DNA of 64,000 nucleotides from Thermoanaerobaculia bacterium (GTDB lineage: Bacteria > Acidobacteriota > Thermoanaerobaculia > UBA5066), in contig JAJVIN010000019.1 in assembly GCA_022071945.1 (NCBI GenBank), forward strand, positions 15,637 to 79,636, written 5' to 3'. Under the pieces are notes generated by a model. It was not told the origin of the DNA. It made no database searches and saw only the letters and a list, made by a program, of their open reading frames with translations. The position numbers and the translations under genes are program-made. Shown here one piece after another: positions 19,051 through 26,973 of the stretch. Numbering within the stretch: the first letter of the stretch is position 1; each line of letters begins with the position of its first letter.

Positions 19051-19836
19051 GTGGGGACGATCCAGACGCGAGAGACGAAGCCGGATGACGAAATCCTCGA
19101 GAGCGGACGCCGTCGCCGGCACCTCCGGCAGCTGGCTCTGCTCGTGGGCCTCGTGAAGCCGGGCCTCGAGTTCGTCCAGACGTTTCGCGTGAAACGCCAC
19201 CTCGTCCTCGCCGAGGAGCATCTTCTCCGCGCCCTGACGCTTTCGCTCGATCAGATCTCCGAGTCCGATCCCGAAGATGCCGTCGAGAGCCGGGAGGTTC
19301 GCGACCACCTCTCCCGTCCGCATCATGTGGATTCCGGTCAAGAGGATCCTGTAGGCGTAGAGCAGGTGCTTGACCGTGGGAGCCGGCTCGAGGAGGCGCT
19401 TCCGGCGGCCCTGAGCAAACCCGAGGTAGTGCCGCACCGTGGGGCGCGTCACGCACCCGCGGCCGAGCTCGCGGAGTTCGTGAAAGGCAGGAGTCGCAAC
19501 GACGACGAGAGGCGAAAAGAGCTGCTCGAGGACGTACCCGTTGTGGTTCGTCAGGAGCCGCGCGAACTTCCGGATGTCGTGGGCGACCCAGTCGAGATCG
19601 ACCGGCTCCTTCTCGGAGAACGTGATCGTCTCCGCGGCGGGGTGGAGCCCCAGAACCTCGCGAGCACTGAGGAGAAAAGCCCCGCGAAGATCCACGTCAC
19701 TGTCGGGGGAGGCGAACCCGTAGAGGTGCGCGCCGCTGACCGTCGCAAAGACCGGCTCCGGACCGCGACGAGCGATCCCCTCGAGCATCGCCCGGTCAAG
19801 AAGCGTCCAGGTCTCTTCAAGCTGATTCGGGGTCAT
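19045..19836 (-). CDS. Pol-beta-superfamily nucleotidyltransferase-domain protein (PF10127-like), paralog 1
   Basis: VFATVSGAHLYGFASPDSDVDLRGAFLLS NTase signature; HDIRKFARLLTNHNGYVLEQLF and KHLLYAYRILLTGIHMMRTGEVVANL helical region typical of the predicted-nucleotidyltransferase family. 263 aa. Confidence 0.65.
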   Translation of the reverse strand: MTPNQLEETWTLLDRAMLEGIARRGPEPVFATVSGAHLYGFASPDSDVDLRGAFLLSAREVLGLHPAAETITFSEKEPVDLDWVAHDIRKFARLLTNHNGYVLEQLFSPLVVVATPAFHELRELGRGCVTRPTVRHYLGFAQGRRKRLLEPAPTVKHLLYAYRILLTGIHMMRTGEVVANLPALDGIFGIGLGDLIERKRQGAEKMLLGEDEVAFHAKRLDELEARLHEAHEQSQLPEVPATASALEDFVIRLRLSRLDRPHR

Positions 19837-19954
19837 GCGTCCGTCGCTCGCTGCTCTCGTGGCGCCGGAGAGAATAACCTGGCACCTGCACGCTTCCTAC
19901 ACGCTCTCGCCTGGCGATCAATCGCCGGGCCTGGGGGTCTCTCGCTCCGGGGCG

Positions 19955-20095
19955 CCTCCCCTTACGAAGGGGAGGCCGGGCCCTCAGGCCCGGGAGGGGT
20001 CAACGCCGGTCCTCGTTGGCCGGCGGGTGCCTTCCGTGGTATCCCCGTGGACCCCTCCGGCGCTCACGCGCCTGCCTCCCCTTCGAAAGGGGAGG
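19955..20095. repeat. Two copies of a 21-nt perfect hairpin (CCTCCCCTT-NNN-AAGGGGAGG) 120 bp apart in the FabH-like/NTase intergenic region
   Basis: 19955-19975 cctccccttacgaaggggagg and 20075-20095 cctccccttcgaaaggggagg. The first is followed by a second hairpin ccgggccctcaggcccgg. They lie downstream of the minus-strand FabH-like gene and upstream of the minus-strand NTase gene. Confidence 0.45.
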
Positions 20096-20242
20096 CACAG
20101 AGCTGTCGACAGCCAAGTGCAGAAACTCCCGTTCCTTCTCCCCGAGGGCGAAGGGAGCCTGGACGATCATTCCCGGACGGTGCCTCACCCGGCCTCGGCC
20201 GATCCGTCCGTGAGTGTCCTTGACGTGCCGGGCCGCGGATCC

Positions 20243-21337
20243 CTACATCTGGACCGCGCCGGCACCCCAGTGGACTCCAGCGCCCAGAGCGGTGAAGACG
20301 ACGAGGCTGCCATCCTTCACCTTCCCCTCGGTTCGGGCCTCGTGGAAGACGATCGGGAGCGTTCCGGCCGTCGTGTTGCCGTACTTCTGGATGTTGTTGA
20401 AGACCTTCTCGTCGGGAAGCCCGAGCTGCTTCTGAACGGCCTCGTTGATCCGCAGGTTCGCCTGGTGCATCAGGAGGAGATCCAGGTCGGCCAGGGTCCT
20501 TCCCGTCTGGGCCAGCACGGAGTTGACGGCGGCCGGCATCAGTTGCGACGCCATCCTGAAGACCTGGCGGCCCTCGACGATCGGCACCCCTCCGAGGGCG
20601 TCCACCATGTCGTGAGAGATGTAGGGGCGGAACCGGCAGCCCACACCGGGCACGTGCAGCTTGTCCCACTGCGTTCCGTCCGTTTCCATCACGAAGCCCA
20701 AAAACCCGCGTCCGTCGCCTGTGTCGTTGGCCTCGAGGACCATCGCGCCCGCGCCGTCGCCGAAGAGCACGGCACGGTCCCGCATTCCGGTCAGCTTCTG
20801 GTACCACTCCGGATCGCAGGGCCCCTCGGAGTTCCCCCAGAGAACGTCCCAGACGTGCCGTGGCCAGGGCATGAGGCCGCTGTGGGCTTCCGCCCCGACG
20901 AGGAGGACGCGCTCGTACACGCCCGCGCGGATGAAGGCGTCGGCGACCTGGAGCCCCGAGAGGAAGCCCGCGCACTGCATCCGGATGTCCAGAGCATGCG
21001 TGTTCTTCATCCCGAGCCGCGCGGCGCACATTCCGCCATTGCCGGGGAAGTAGAGATCCGGCGTCATCGTGGCGAAGATGACGAAGTCGATGTCGGAAGG
21101 AGCGAGGGATCCGTTCGAAAGGGCCGCCTCGGCCGCCTTCACCCCCAATTCCAGGGAGCCCGTCCCGGCGCCGTCCACGAGGTGACGTTTCCTGATACCC
21201 GTTCTCTGGACGATCCACTCGTCGGAGGTGTCCATGATCCGGCCGAGCATGTCGTTGGTGACTTCGCCCGGCGGTACGTACATCCCGGAGCCGCGAATGA
21301 TGGTGGTACGAGTTGTTCGGTGGGTGCCCGTTGTCAC
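20243..21337 (-). CDS. fabH: FabH-like 3-oxoacyl-ACP synthase III family protein
   Basis: Catalytic Cys in DIRMQCAGFLSGL, His in LLMHQANLRI, Asn in KYGNTTAGTLPI. Length 364 aa. The gltA, fur and lepB genes lie elsewhere in the window, but no other fab genes flank it. Confidence 0.8.
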   Translation of the reverse strand: MTTGTHRTTRTTIIRGSGMYVPPGEVTNDMLGRIMDTSDEWIVQRTGIRKRHLVDGAGTGSLELGVKAAEAALSNGSLAPSDIDFVIFATMTPDLYFPGNGGMCAARLGMKNTHALDIRMQCAGFLSGLQVADAFIRAGVYERVLLVGAEAHSGLMPWPRHVWDVLWGNSEGPCDPEWYQKLTGMRDRAVLFGDGAGAMVLEANDTGDGRGFLGFVMETDGTQWDKLHVPGVGCRFRPYISHDMVDALGGVPIVEGRQVFRMASQLMPAAVNSVLAQTGRTLADLDLLLMHQANLRINEAVQKQLGLPDEKVFNNIQKYGNTTAGTLPIVFHEARTEGKVKDGSLVVFTALGAGVHWGAGAVQM

Positions 21338-21392
21338 GGGCGGAGTCTAGACCCGTCCCAGCTTTTCCGCGATCTGAGAGAAACGCCGTCCG

Positions 21393-21737
21393 TCATGGAG
21401 AGAGCGGGTCCTTGCGCAGGGTGGCAACGGTCGCCCCCCACCCGCCGCCTCCGGGCTCGGCGTCCCGAAACGAGAGGACGAGGGGCGAGTTGGATAGGAC
21501 GGACCGGACGATCTCCCGCTGCACCCCGATCCCCCTCCCGTGGATGATCCGGACCTCCCGGAACCCGCGCCGGGAGGCCTCCTCGAGGTAGTCCAGGACG
21601 AGATCCCGCGTCTCCTCGGGCCGGAATGTGTGCAGGTCGATTGCGTCCTCGATCGGCACCTTGAGCGGCTCTTCATCCATGTTTCCAGTGTAGCGGGAGA
21701 AACAAAACCCCTTTCCGGTTGTGAGAACCATCTCCAC
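21393..21737 (-). CDS. Smr-domain protein
   Basis: AIDLHTFRPEETRDLVLDYLEEASRRGFREVRIIHGRGIGVQREIV matches the Smr (small MutS-related) domain pattern DLHG...IIHGKG.GVL. Likely start at the internal Met (MDEEPL). Confidence 0.7.
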   Translation of the reverse strand: MEMVLTTGKGFCFSRYTGNMDEEPLKVPIEDAIDLHTFRPEETRDLVLDYLEEASRRGFREVRIIHGRGIGVQREIVRSVLSNSPLVLSFRDAEPGGGGWGATVATLRKDPLSP

Positions 21738-21797
21738 GACCGGCTCCTCAATCCAGCCGGTAGCGGGAGAATCAAGAGCCCTTTCCGGTTGTTAGAG
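21691..21797. repeat. Two 37-nt imperfect direct repeats (70-bp period) in a divergent promoter region
   Basis: 21691-21727 gtagcgggagaaacaaaacccctttccggttgtgaga and 21761-21797 gtagcgggagaatcaagagccctttccggttgttaga (5 mismatches). Located between the Smr gene (-) and the CsgG-like gene (+). Confidence 0.5.
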
Positions 21798-21840
21798 GAG
21801 AAGGGCTGGGGATAATCCCCTCCATGGCTGAGGTGATCCG

Positions 21841-22752
21841 ATGAGACGTTTCGTGGCCGCGATGGCCGTATTGACCGTGCTGATGACGGCGGGCCCCGCG
21901 AGGGCGCAGAAGGGGGCGAAGCCGAGAGTCGCCATCCTGGAATTCAAGGACAAGGTTTCCGGCTACTCGTGGTACCAGGCGGGACGGGCAGCCCAGGACA
22001 TCTTCGTCACCGAGCTCGTCAAGACGGGCGCCTACCGGGTGATCGAGAGGGAGCAGCTCGCCGCCATCATGGCCGAGAAGAACCTGTCCCTTTCCGGGGA
22101 GATCGACCCCAAAACGGCGATCGCCGTGGGCAAGCTCCTCGGCGTCGAGTACCTCGTGACCGGCTCCATCACCAAGCTCGGCGTCGCCGACCGCGGCGTC
22201 TCGGCCCCGTCGATGTTCGGTCTCCCGTCCGTCAACATCAAGACCCAGAAGATGGAGGCCGCCATCGACGCGCGCGCCATCGGAACCGCCACCGGTGAGA
22301 TCGTCTGGGCCGACTCGGCCAAGGAGTCCACCTCCGACGCCGCCGTCTTCGTCGCCGGCGCCGGCGGAGGCGTTCAGGACCGGACCAAGCTCGACCGCGT
22401 CATGGAGCCCGTCGTCAAGAAGCTCGCCGAGTCGCTCGGGAAGAAGAGCCTCGCCACTTCAGGACTCGGCGGAGCCGGCGATGCCTCGGGCATCGTCGCG
22501 AAGGTCGCGAGAGTCGAAGGCTCTCTTCTCTACATCAACGCCGGCTCTGAGGCTGGCGTGAAGGAGGGCGAGGAGTACGACGTCTACCGGGGCGGCGACG
22601 TCATCAAGGACCCCGACACCGGCGAGATCCTGGGCGTCAACGAGACCAAGATCGGCCGCGTCAAGATCACCGGGGTCAAGGGCCCCCGCCTCTCGACGGT
22701 GACGGTCCTCGCGGGCCAGGGCTTCAAGTCGGGCGACATCCTGAAGAAGTGA
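21841..22752 (+). CDS. CsgG/LpoB-fold periplasmic protein with signal peptide
   Basis: Signal peptide MRRFVAAMAVLTVLMTAGPARA. RVAILEFKDKVSGYSWYQAGRAAQDIFVTELVKTGAYRVIEREQLAAIMAEKNL...LGVEYLVTGSITKLG matches the CsgG-family core. No lipobox Cys. Confidence 0.6.
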   Translation: MRRFVAAMAVLTVLMTAGPARAQKGAKPRVAILEFKDKVSGYSWYQAGRAAQDIFVTELVKTGAYRVIEREQLAAIMAEKNLSLSGEIDPKTAIAVGKLLGVEYLVTGSITKLGVADRGVSAPSMFGLPSVNIKTQKMEAAIDARAIGTATGEIVWADSAKESTSDAAVFVAGAGGGVQDRTKLDRVMEPVVKKLAESLGKKSLATSGLGGAGDASGIVAKVARVEGSLLYINAGSEAGVKEGEEYDVYRGGDVIKDPDTGEILGVNETKIGRVKITGVKGPRLSTVTVLAGQGFKSGDILKK

Positions 22753-23897
22753 AGGACGTGCGAGCCGGACTCGGTTCTCCCTTGGGGCCGCTCGCTTCTT
22801 TCCTGCTCCTGGTGACGATAGCGGGAGCAGAGGCCAAGCCGCCCTCCCTCGAGGAGGTCCGAAAGGGGATGTCGATTCCCTCCGCGGGCGACGAAAGAGG
22901 CCAGAAGGACGGCGTCGGGTTCGCCACGACGCCCCTGCAGATGGCCAGATCGTGGGACCTCTCCGCGGCGCCGCCGTCTCCGGAGTCTCTCGGACCCCTC
23001 CCGCCGGCGGGTGTTCTGGGTGCCATCTGCCCCCACGACGACTACCTCTTCGCCGCCCGGGTCTACCGCCGGATCCTGCCCCTCGTCACGGCGAAGACCG
23101 TCGTCGTCATCGGCGTCTTTCACGCGTTTAGGAAGTTCGAGATGAGCGACGCCCTCGTCTTCGACGACTACAAGACCTGGAGAAGCCCTGACGGGCCCGT
23201 GACCGTCTCACCCCTGCGGGAAGCGATCCTGACGAGACTGCCGAAGGACGACGTCGTGGTTCACCGGGCCGCCCACGACAACGAGCACTCGGTGGAGGCC
23301 CTCGTCTACTGGTTGAAACACCAGCGCCCGGATGTCGAGATCGTGCCCGTCATCGTGCCGGCGGCCAAGTGGGAGAGGCTCGGGGTCCTGTCTCGGGATT
23401 TGGGCGGCGCCCTCGCCGGAGTCATGAAGGAGCGGGGCCTTCAACTCGGCCGCGATGTGGCCGTCGTCGTCTCCGCCGACGCCATCCACTACGGATCCGA
23501 CTTCAAGGAGGTCCCGTTCGGAGACGGCGGCATCGAGGCTTACCGAAAGGCCGTCGAGCGCGATCTCGCTCAGCTGAAAGGCCCCCTCGCGGGACCGTTG
23601 ACGAGTGAGCCCTTGCGCCGCTTCTACTCGACGTGTGTGAATCCGGAAGAGCCCGCCGAGTACCGGATGACCTGGTGCGGGAGGTTCTCGATCCCCGCGG
23701 GCCTCTTGACTCTCTCGTCAGCGGCGAAAGCCCTCGGAATCCCGGTCGTCACCGGCCGCCCCGTCGCCTACGCGACCTCGATCGGGCTGCCCGAGATTCC
23801 GGCGCGCGACACCGGACTGGGAACGACCGCGCCGTCGAACCTCTACCACTTCGTCGGATATCCCGCGGCCGCCTACGTCGCGGGCTCGGCTCCCTGA
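22749..23897 (+). CDS. Memo-like / AmmeMemoRadiSam system protein B family protein (secreted)
   Basis: ICPHDDYLFAARVY (compare the Memo PHAGYxYSG site) and AAHDNEHSVEALV (compare EHSIE). Signal-peptide-like N-terminus. Start overlaps the stop of the CsgG-like gene. Confidence 0.5.
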   Translation: MKDVRAGLGSPLGPLASFLLLVTIAGAEAKPPSLEEVRKGMSIPSAGDERGQKDGVGFATTPLQMARSWDLSAAPPSPESLGPLPPAGVLGAICPHDDYLFAARVYRRILPLVTAKTVVVIGVFHAFRKFEMSDALVFDDYKTWRSPDGPVTVSPLREAILTRLPKDDVVVHRAAHDNEHSVEALVYWLKHQRPDVEIVPVIVPAAKWERLGVLSRDLGGALAGVMKERGLQLGRDVAVVVSADAIHYGSDFKEVPFGDGGIEAYRKAVERDLAQLKGPLAGPLTSEPLRRFYSTCVNPEEPAEYRMTWCGRFSIPAGLLTLSSAAKALGIPVVTGRPVAYATSIGLPEIPARDTGLGTTAPSNLYHFVGYPAAAYVAGSAP

Positions 23898-23916
23898 GGC
23901 CTCCGGGCGGACCTCG

Positions 23917-26001
23917 CTAGCGCCCCTTTCCGCGGGACCGCAGGGCGTTGCAGGCGCCCTGCACACCGGCATCACAGGCCTTCTTGAAGGCCTGCACGCC
24001 CTGCTGCGCGTGGCCGAGCCGGAAGGCGTGAATCCCCTTTGCGTACCAGACCGGACCGTTGTTGGGTGAACGGTCGAGAGCCTTGTCGAGTTCTTCCTCG
24101 AGGTCGCCCCGGACGTCGTCGAAGGCGAGCCCCATGATCCAGGCCCCATCCGAGCCCGGCATGTTCCCGCGGGCGTGAACGAGCGCGTCGACGAAGTAGA
24201 TTCGGCGGCTCGTCAGGACGCTCTCGGGTGCCATCGGAAGCGCCCGGCGGAGGAGCGTCCAGGATTCCTGGTCCTTTCCGTCGGCGAAGGCGATCCCGGC
24301 GCGCGCGAAGGTGTCGAGGAAATCCACGGCGGCGGAAGGGGAACGCTGCTTGAGGCGCCGGGCCTCGCCCAGAGCAGCCGCGAAGTCGGACCTCTCGAGC
24401 CGCCGCTCCGGCTTTCGGGTCGCGTCGAGGCTCTCCAGGACGGAGGAGAGGCCCGTGTCGTCCAGACCCGTGTCGCCTCCGATCGTGGGCTCCCTCGGCT
24501 GTCCGGCGTCGAGGTCGAGAATCTCCATCTGCGGCGCCTCCGCCATGTGCTTGGGGTCCTTCCCGGTCCTGGGGGGCTCCTTGGTGATCGTGACGACGCT
24601 GCCCCCGGTGCCCTTCGACGGGTCCCCGGTCGAACGCTCGACCGTCGTGGTCCCTCCGTGGTCTGGGACGGGCGTTGCCATCGCCATGGCGATGGCGGTG
24701 GCAATCGGTTCGGGTACCCCCTCGGTCACCGTCGGAAAGGCTTCGGGCACCGTGCCCGCGGTTTCCCCCGGAAGCGGAGTGGGCTCGGCGAGCGGAGTCG
24801 GCTCCGCCGGGATCGTCGGCTCGGCCGCGGGGGGAATCGAGGCGAGGGAGTCGAGCTTTCTCTTTCCCAGAAAGGCCGCCACACCCACGAGCCCGATGAG
24901 GAGAACCGCGGCGGCTGCTATCGCCACGGGCACGAGCGGGGAGCGCTTCTGACCGATGGTCCCCTGCGAGGCCGGCGCGGCCATTTGCTGCTGGGGCGGC
25001 GGCGGGGGGGCCGGGGGAGAAGCCGGAGACGGCCCTGAGACGACGGTCATGGCCTGGGAGGCCGGACCAGGAGGGGGCGCGGGCGGCGGCATCCGGCCGG
25101 GCGGGGGCGGCGCAGGAAGCGTGGCCGCGGGGCTCACGATCTCGGTCATCGTGCCGCTGCCGGGCGCCGAGACCCCGAGCGCGAGGCTGAGAGCGTTCAC
25201 GAACTCCATGCAGGTCCGGTAGCGGTCGCCGGGGGCCTTCGCGAGGGCACGCGACATGACCGCGTCGACGCCCTGGGGAATCCGGGGGAGCACCTGCGAG
25301 ATCGGTTCGGGAGGGCGAGAGACGTGGAGGTGGAGGATCGCGAGAGGTGAGTCCGCCTTGAAGGGAACGCGCCCGGTCAGGAGCTCGAAGGCGATCACGG
25401 CCAGAGCGTACTGGTCGGCCCGCGCGTCGATCTTCTCTCCCATGGCCTGCTCGGGAGCCATGTAAGCCGGTGTCCCCATCACGGTCCCCGTGGCCGTCAA
25501 CTGCGAGACCGACTCCGCCATCCGTGCGAGACCGAAGTCCGCCAGAAGAGTCCGCCCCGTGCCATCGAGGAGGACGTTTCCGGGCTTGATGTCCCGATGG
25601 AAGATCCCCTTCCCGTGGGCGTGGTCGAGAGCAGCCCCGATCCCCGAGAGCCAGGCGATGGCCTGGCCGTACGCAACGGGCCCCCGGATCTGCTCCTTCA
25701 GCGATCCCCCCGTCACGAGCGGCATGACGAGGTACGAGACGGTTCGCCCCTCGACCTCGGCCGTTCCGAAGTCGTAGATCGGAAGGATGTTGGCGTGCTC
25801 GAGGCCCGCGACGAGGCGGGCTTCCCTGAGGAAGCGCTCGGCGAAGACCTTGTCCTCGGCGATCGGGTCGAGGATGACCTTGACGGCGACGGAGCGGTGG
25901 AGGGTCGAGTCGGTGGCCCTGAAGACCTCCGACATGCCGCCGGCGCCCACCCGCTCCGTGAGAAGGTACCGGCCGAGAGTGGTTCCTGCCTTCATGCCCA
26001 T
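23917..26001 (-). CDS. Hanks-type Ser/Thr protein kinase with TM helix and Pro-rich extracytoplasmic C-terminal region
   Basis: GRYLLTERVGAGGMSEVFRA (Gly loop), VAVK, HRDIKPGNVLL, DFGLAR, TM segment LVPVAIAAAAVLLIGLVGVAAFL. Confidence 0.85.
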   Translation of the reverse strand: MGMKAGTTLGRYLLTERVGAGGMSEVFRATDSTLHRSVAVKVILDPIAEDKVFAERFLREARLVAGLEHANILPIYDFGTAEVEGRTVSYLVMPLVTGGSLKEQIRGPVAYGQAIAWLSGIGAALDHAHGKGIFHRDIKPGNVLLDGTGRTLLADFGLARMAESVSQLTATGTVMGTPAYMAPEQAMGEKIDARADQYALAVIAFELLTGRVPFKADSPLAILHLHVSRPPEPISQVLPRIPQGVDAVMSRALAKAPGDRYRTCMEFVNALSLALGVSAPGSGTMTEIVSPAATLPAPPPPGRMPPPAPPPGPASQAMTVVSGPSPASPPAPPPPPQQQMAAPASQGTIGQKRSPLVPVAIAAAAVLLIGLVGVAAFLGKRKLDSLASIPPAAEPTIPAEPTPLAEPTPLPGETAGTVPEAFPTVTEGVPEPIATAIAMAMATPVPDHGGTTTVERSTGDPSKGTGGSVVTITKEPPRTGKDPKHMAEAPQMEILDLDAGQPREPTIGGDTGLDDTGLSSVLESLDATRKPERRLERSDFAAALGEARRLKQRSPSAAVDFLDTFARAGIAFADGKDQESWTLLRRALPMAPESVLTSRRIYFVDALVHARGNMPGSDGAWIMGLAFDDVRGDLEEELDKALDRSPNNGPVWYAKGIHAFRLGHAQQGVQAFKKACDAGVQGACNALRSRGKGR

Positions 26002-26043
26002 GGTCGTACCTTCAGAATAGGACAGGAGGGGAACGGAAACGAG

Positions 26044-26967
26044 ATGGAGAATGCCGATCGACTCTCTTCGCCGTCACTTTCCTTGCACCATCGAAACCAG
26101 CCGGGCCGGAAATACGTGTACGTCGTCCGGGCCCGCCGGTCGAGGGGACTCTCCCTCGGGATCAACCTCGACCCCCAGAAGACCTGCAACTTCGACTGCG
26201 TCTACTGCGAGGTCATCGACCGGAGGGCGATCGCGAAGAAGACGGGGCGCCCCCCAATCGAGATCGCCGAGGTCGTCGCGGAGGTCAAGAGCGAGCTCCT
26301 TCGCTGGCCCGTGCCCGGAACGGGACCCGAAACGCCTTCGGGGTCCGAGACTCTCTCGGGGTCCGAGACTCTCTCGGGGCCCGAGACTCTCTCGGGGCCC
26401 GAGACTCTCTCGGACATTGCTTTCGCCGGGGACGGAGAGCCGTCGACATTCCAGGGATTTCGGGACCTCTCTACGGGAATCCTGGACGTCCGCGATGCCC
26501 TGGGCTTCGCAACCGTGCCTCTCGTCTTGATCACCAACGGGAGCGGGATCGACCGCGCGGAGATGGTGGAGGCCCACGACCTCTTCGCCGCGCGCAACGG
26601 GGTCTTCTGGATCAAGCTCGACGCGGGAACAGAGACTCTTTACCGCCAGGTGTGCCGCACGGCCGTCCCGTTCGGGAGGATCCTCGCGAATCTCGAGGGC
26701 GCGGCCCGCCGTCACCCGGTCATCGTGCAGTCGATGTTCTTTCGCCATCGGGGCGAGCGAGCGTCAGCGGCCGAGATCGAGGCCTGGACAGAGCGCCTCT
26801 CGAACGTGGTCGAGGCCGGGGGGCGAATCCGGCTCGTGCAGGTCTATACGGTCGCCAGGGAGACGATGGAACCGGGGATCACTCCCCTCTCCGGCGAGGA
26901 GCTCGAAGCAATCGCCGAAATGCTCCGGCGAAAGATCCCGGACTTGCCGGTCGCGACGTTCGGTTAG
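26044..26967 (+). CDS. Radical SAM domain protein
   Basis: CNFDCVYC (CxxxCxxC) cluster motif, FAGDGEPS glycine-rich SAM motif, ITNGS ribose motif. Start ATG at 26044, in frame with the longer track ORF 25597-26967 whose upstream part is antisense to the kinase. Confidence 0.75.
   Translation: MENADRLSSPSLSLHHRNQPGRKYVYVVRARRSRGLSLGINLDPQKTCNFDCVYCEVIDRRAIAKKTGRPPIEIAEVVAEVKSELLRWPVPGTGPETPSGSETLSGSETLSGPETLSGPETLSDIAFAGDGEPSTFQGFRDLSTGILDVRDALGFATVPLVLITNGSGIDRAEMVEAHDLFAARNGVFWIKLDAGTETLYRQVCRTAVPFGRILANLEGAARRHPVIVQSMFFRHRGERASAAEIEAWTERLSNVVEAGGRIRLVQVYTVARETMEPGITPLSGEELEAIAEMLRRKIPDLPVATFG
26322..26412 (+). repeat. In-frame 18-nt tandem repeat (4 near-perfect plus 1 degenerate copy) inside the radical SAM gene
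   Basis: gggtccgagactctctcg x2 then gggcccgagactctctcg x2, preceded by gggacccgaaacgccttcg. Encodes PETPSGSETLSGSETLSGPETLSGPETLS between the FeS-cluster motif and the GGEP-like motif. Confidence 0.8.
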
Positions 26968-26973
26968 GGCCGG

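Noticed and set aside
17727-19156. Overlapping ORFs 17727-18929 (-, 400 aa) and 18158-19156 (+, 332 aa)
   Set aside because: Alternative frames over the nucleotidyltransferase gene. Their translations are Arg/Ala/Gly-rich with no motifs, whereas the 17909-19050 frame carries the NTase signature.
19835-21547. 570-aa plus-strand ORF and 384-aa ORF 20064-21218 (-)
   Set aside because: Out-of-frame or antisense to the FabH-like gene (20243-21337, -), which has the Cys/His/Asn catalytic triad.
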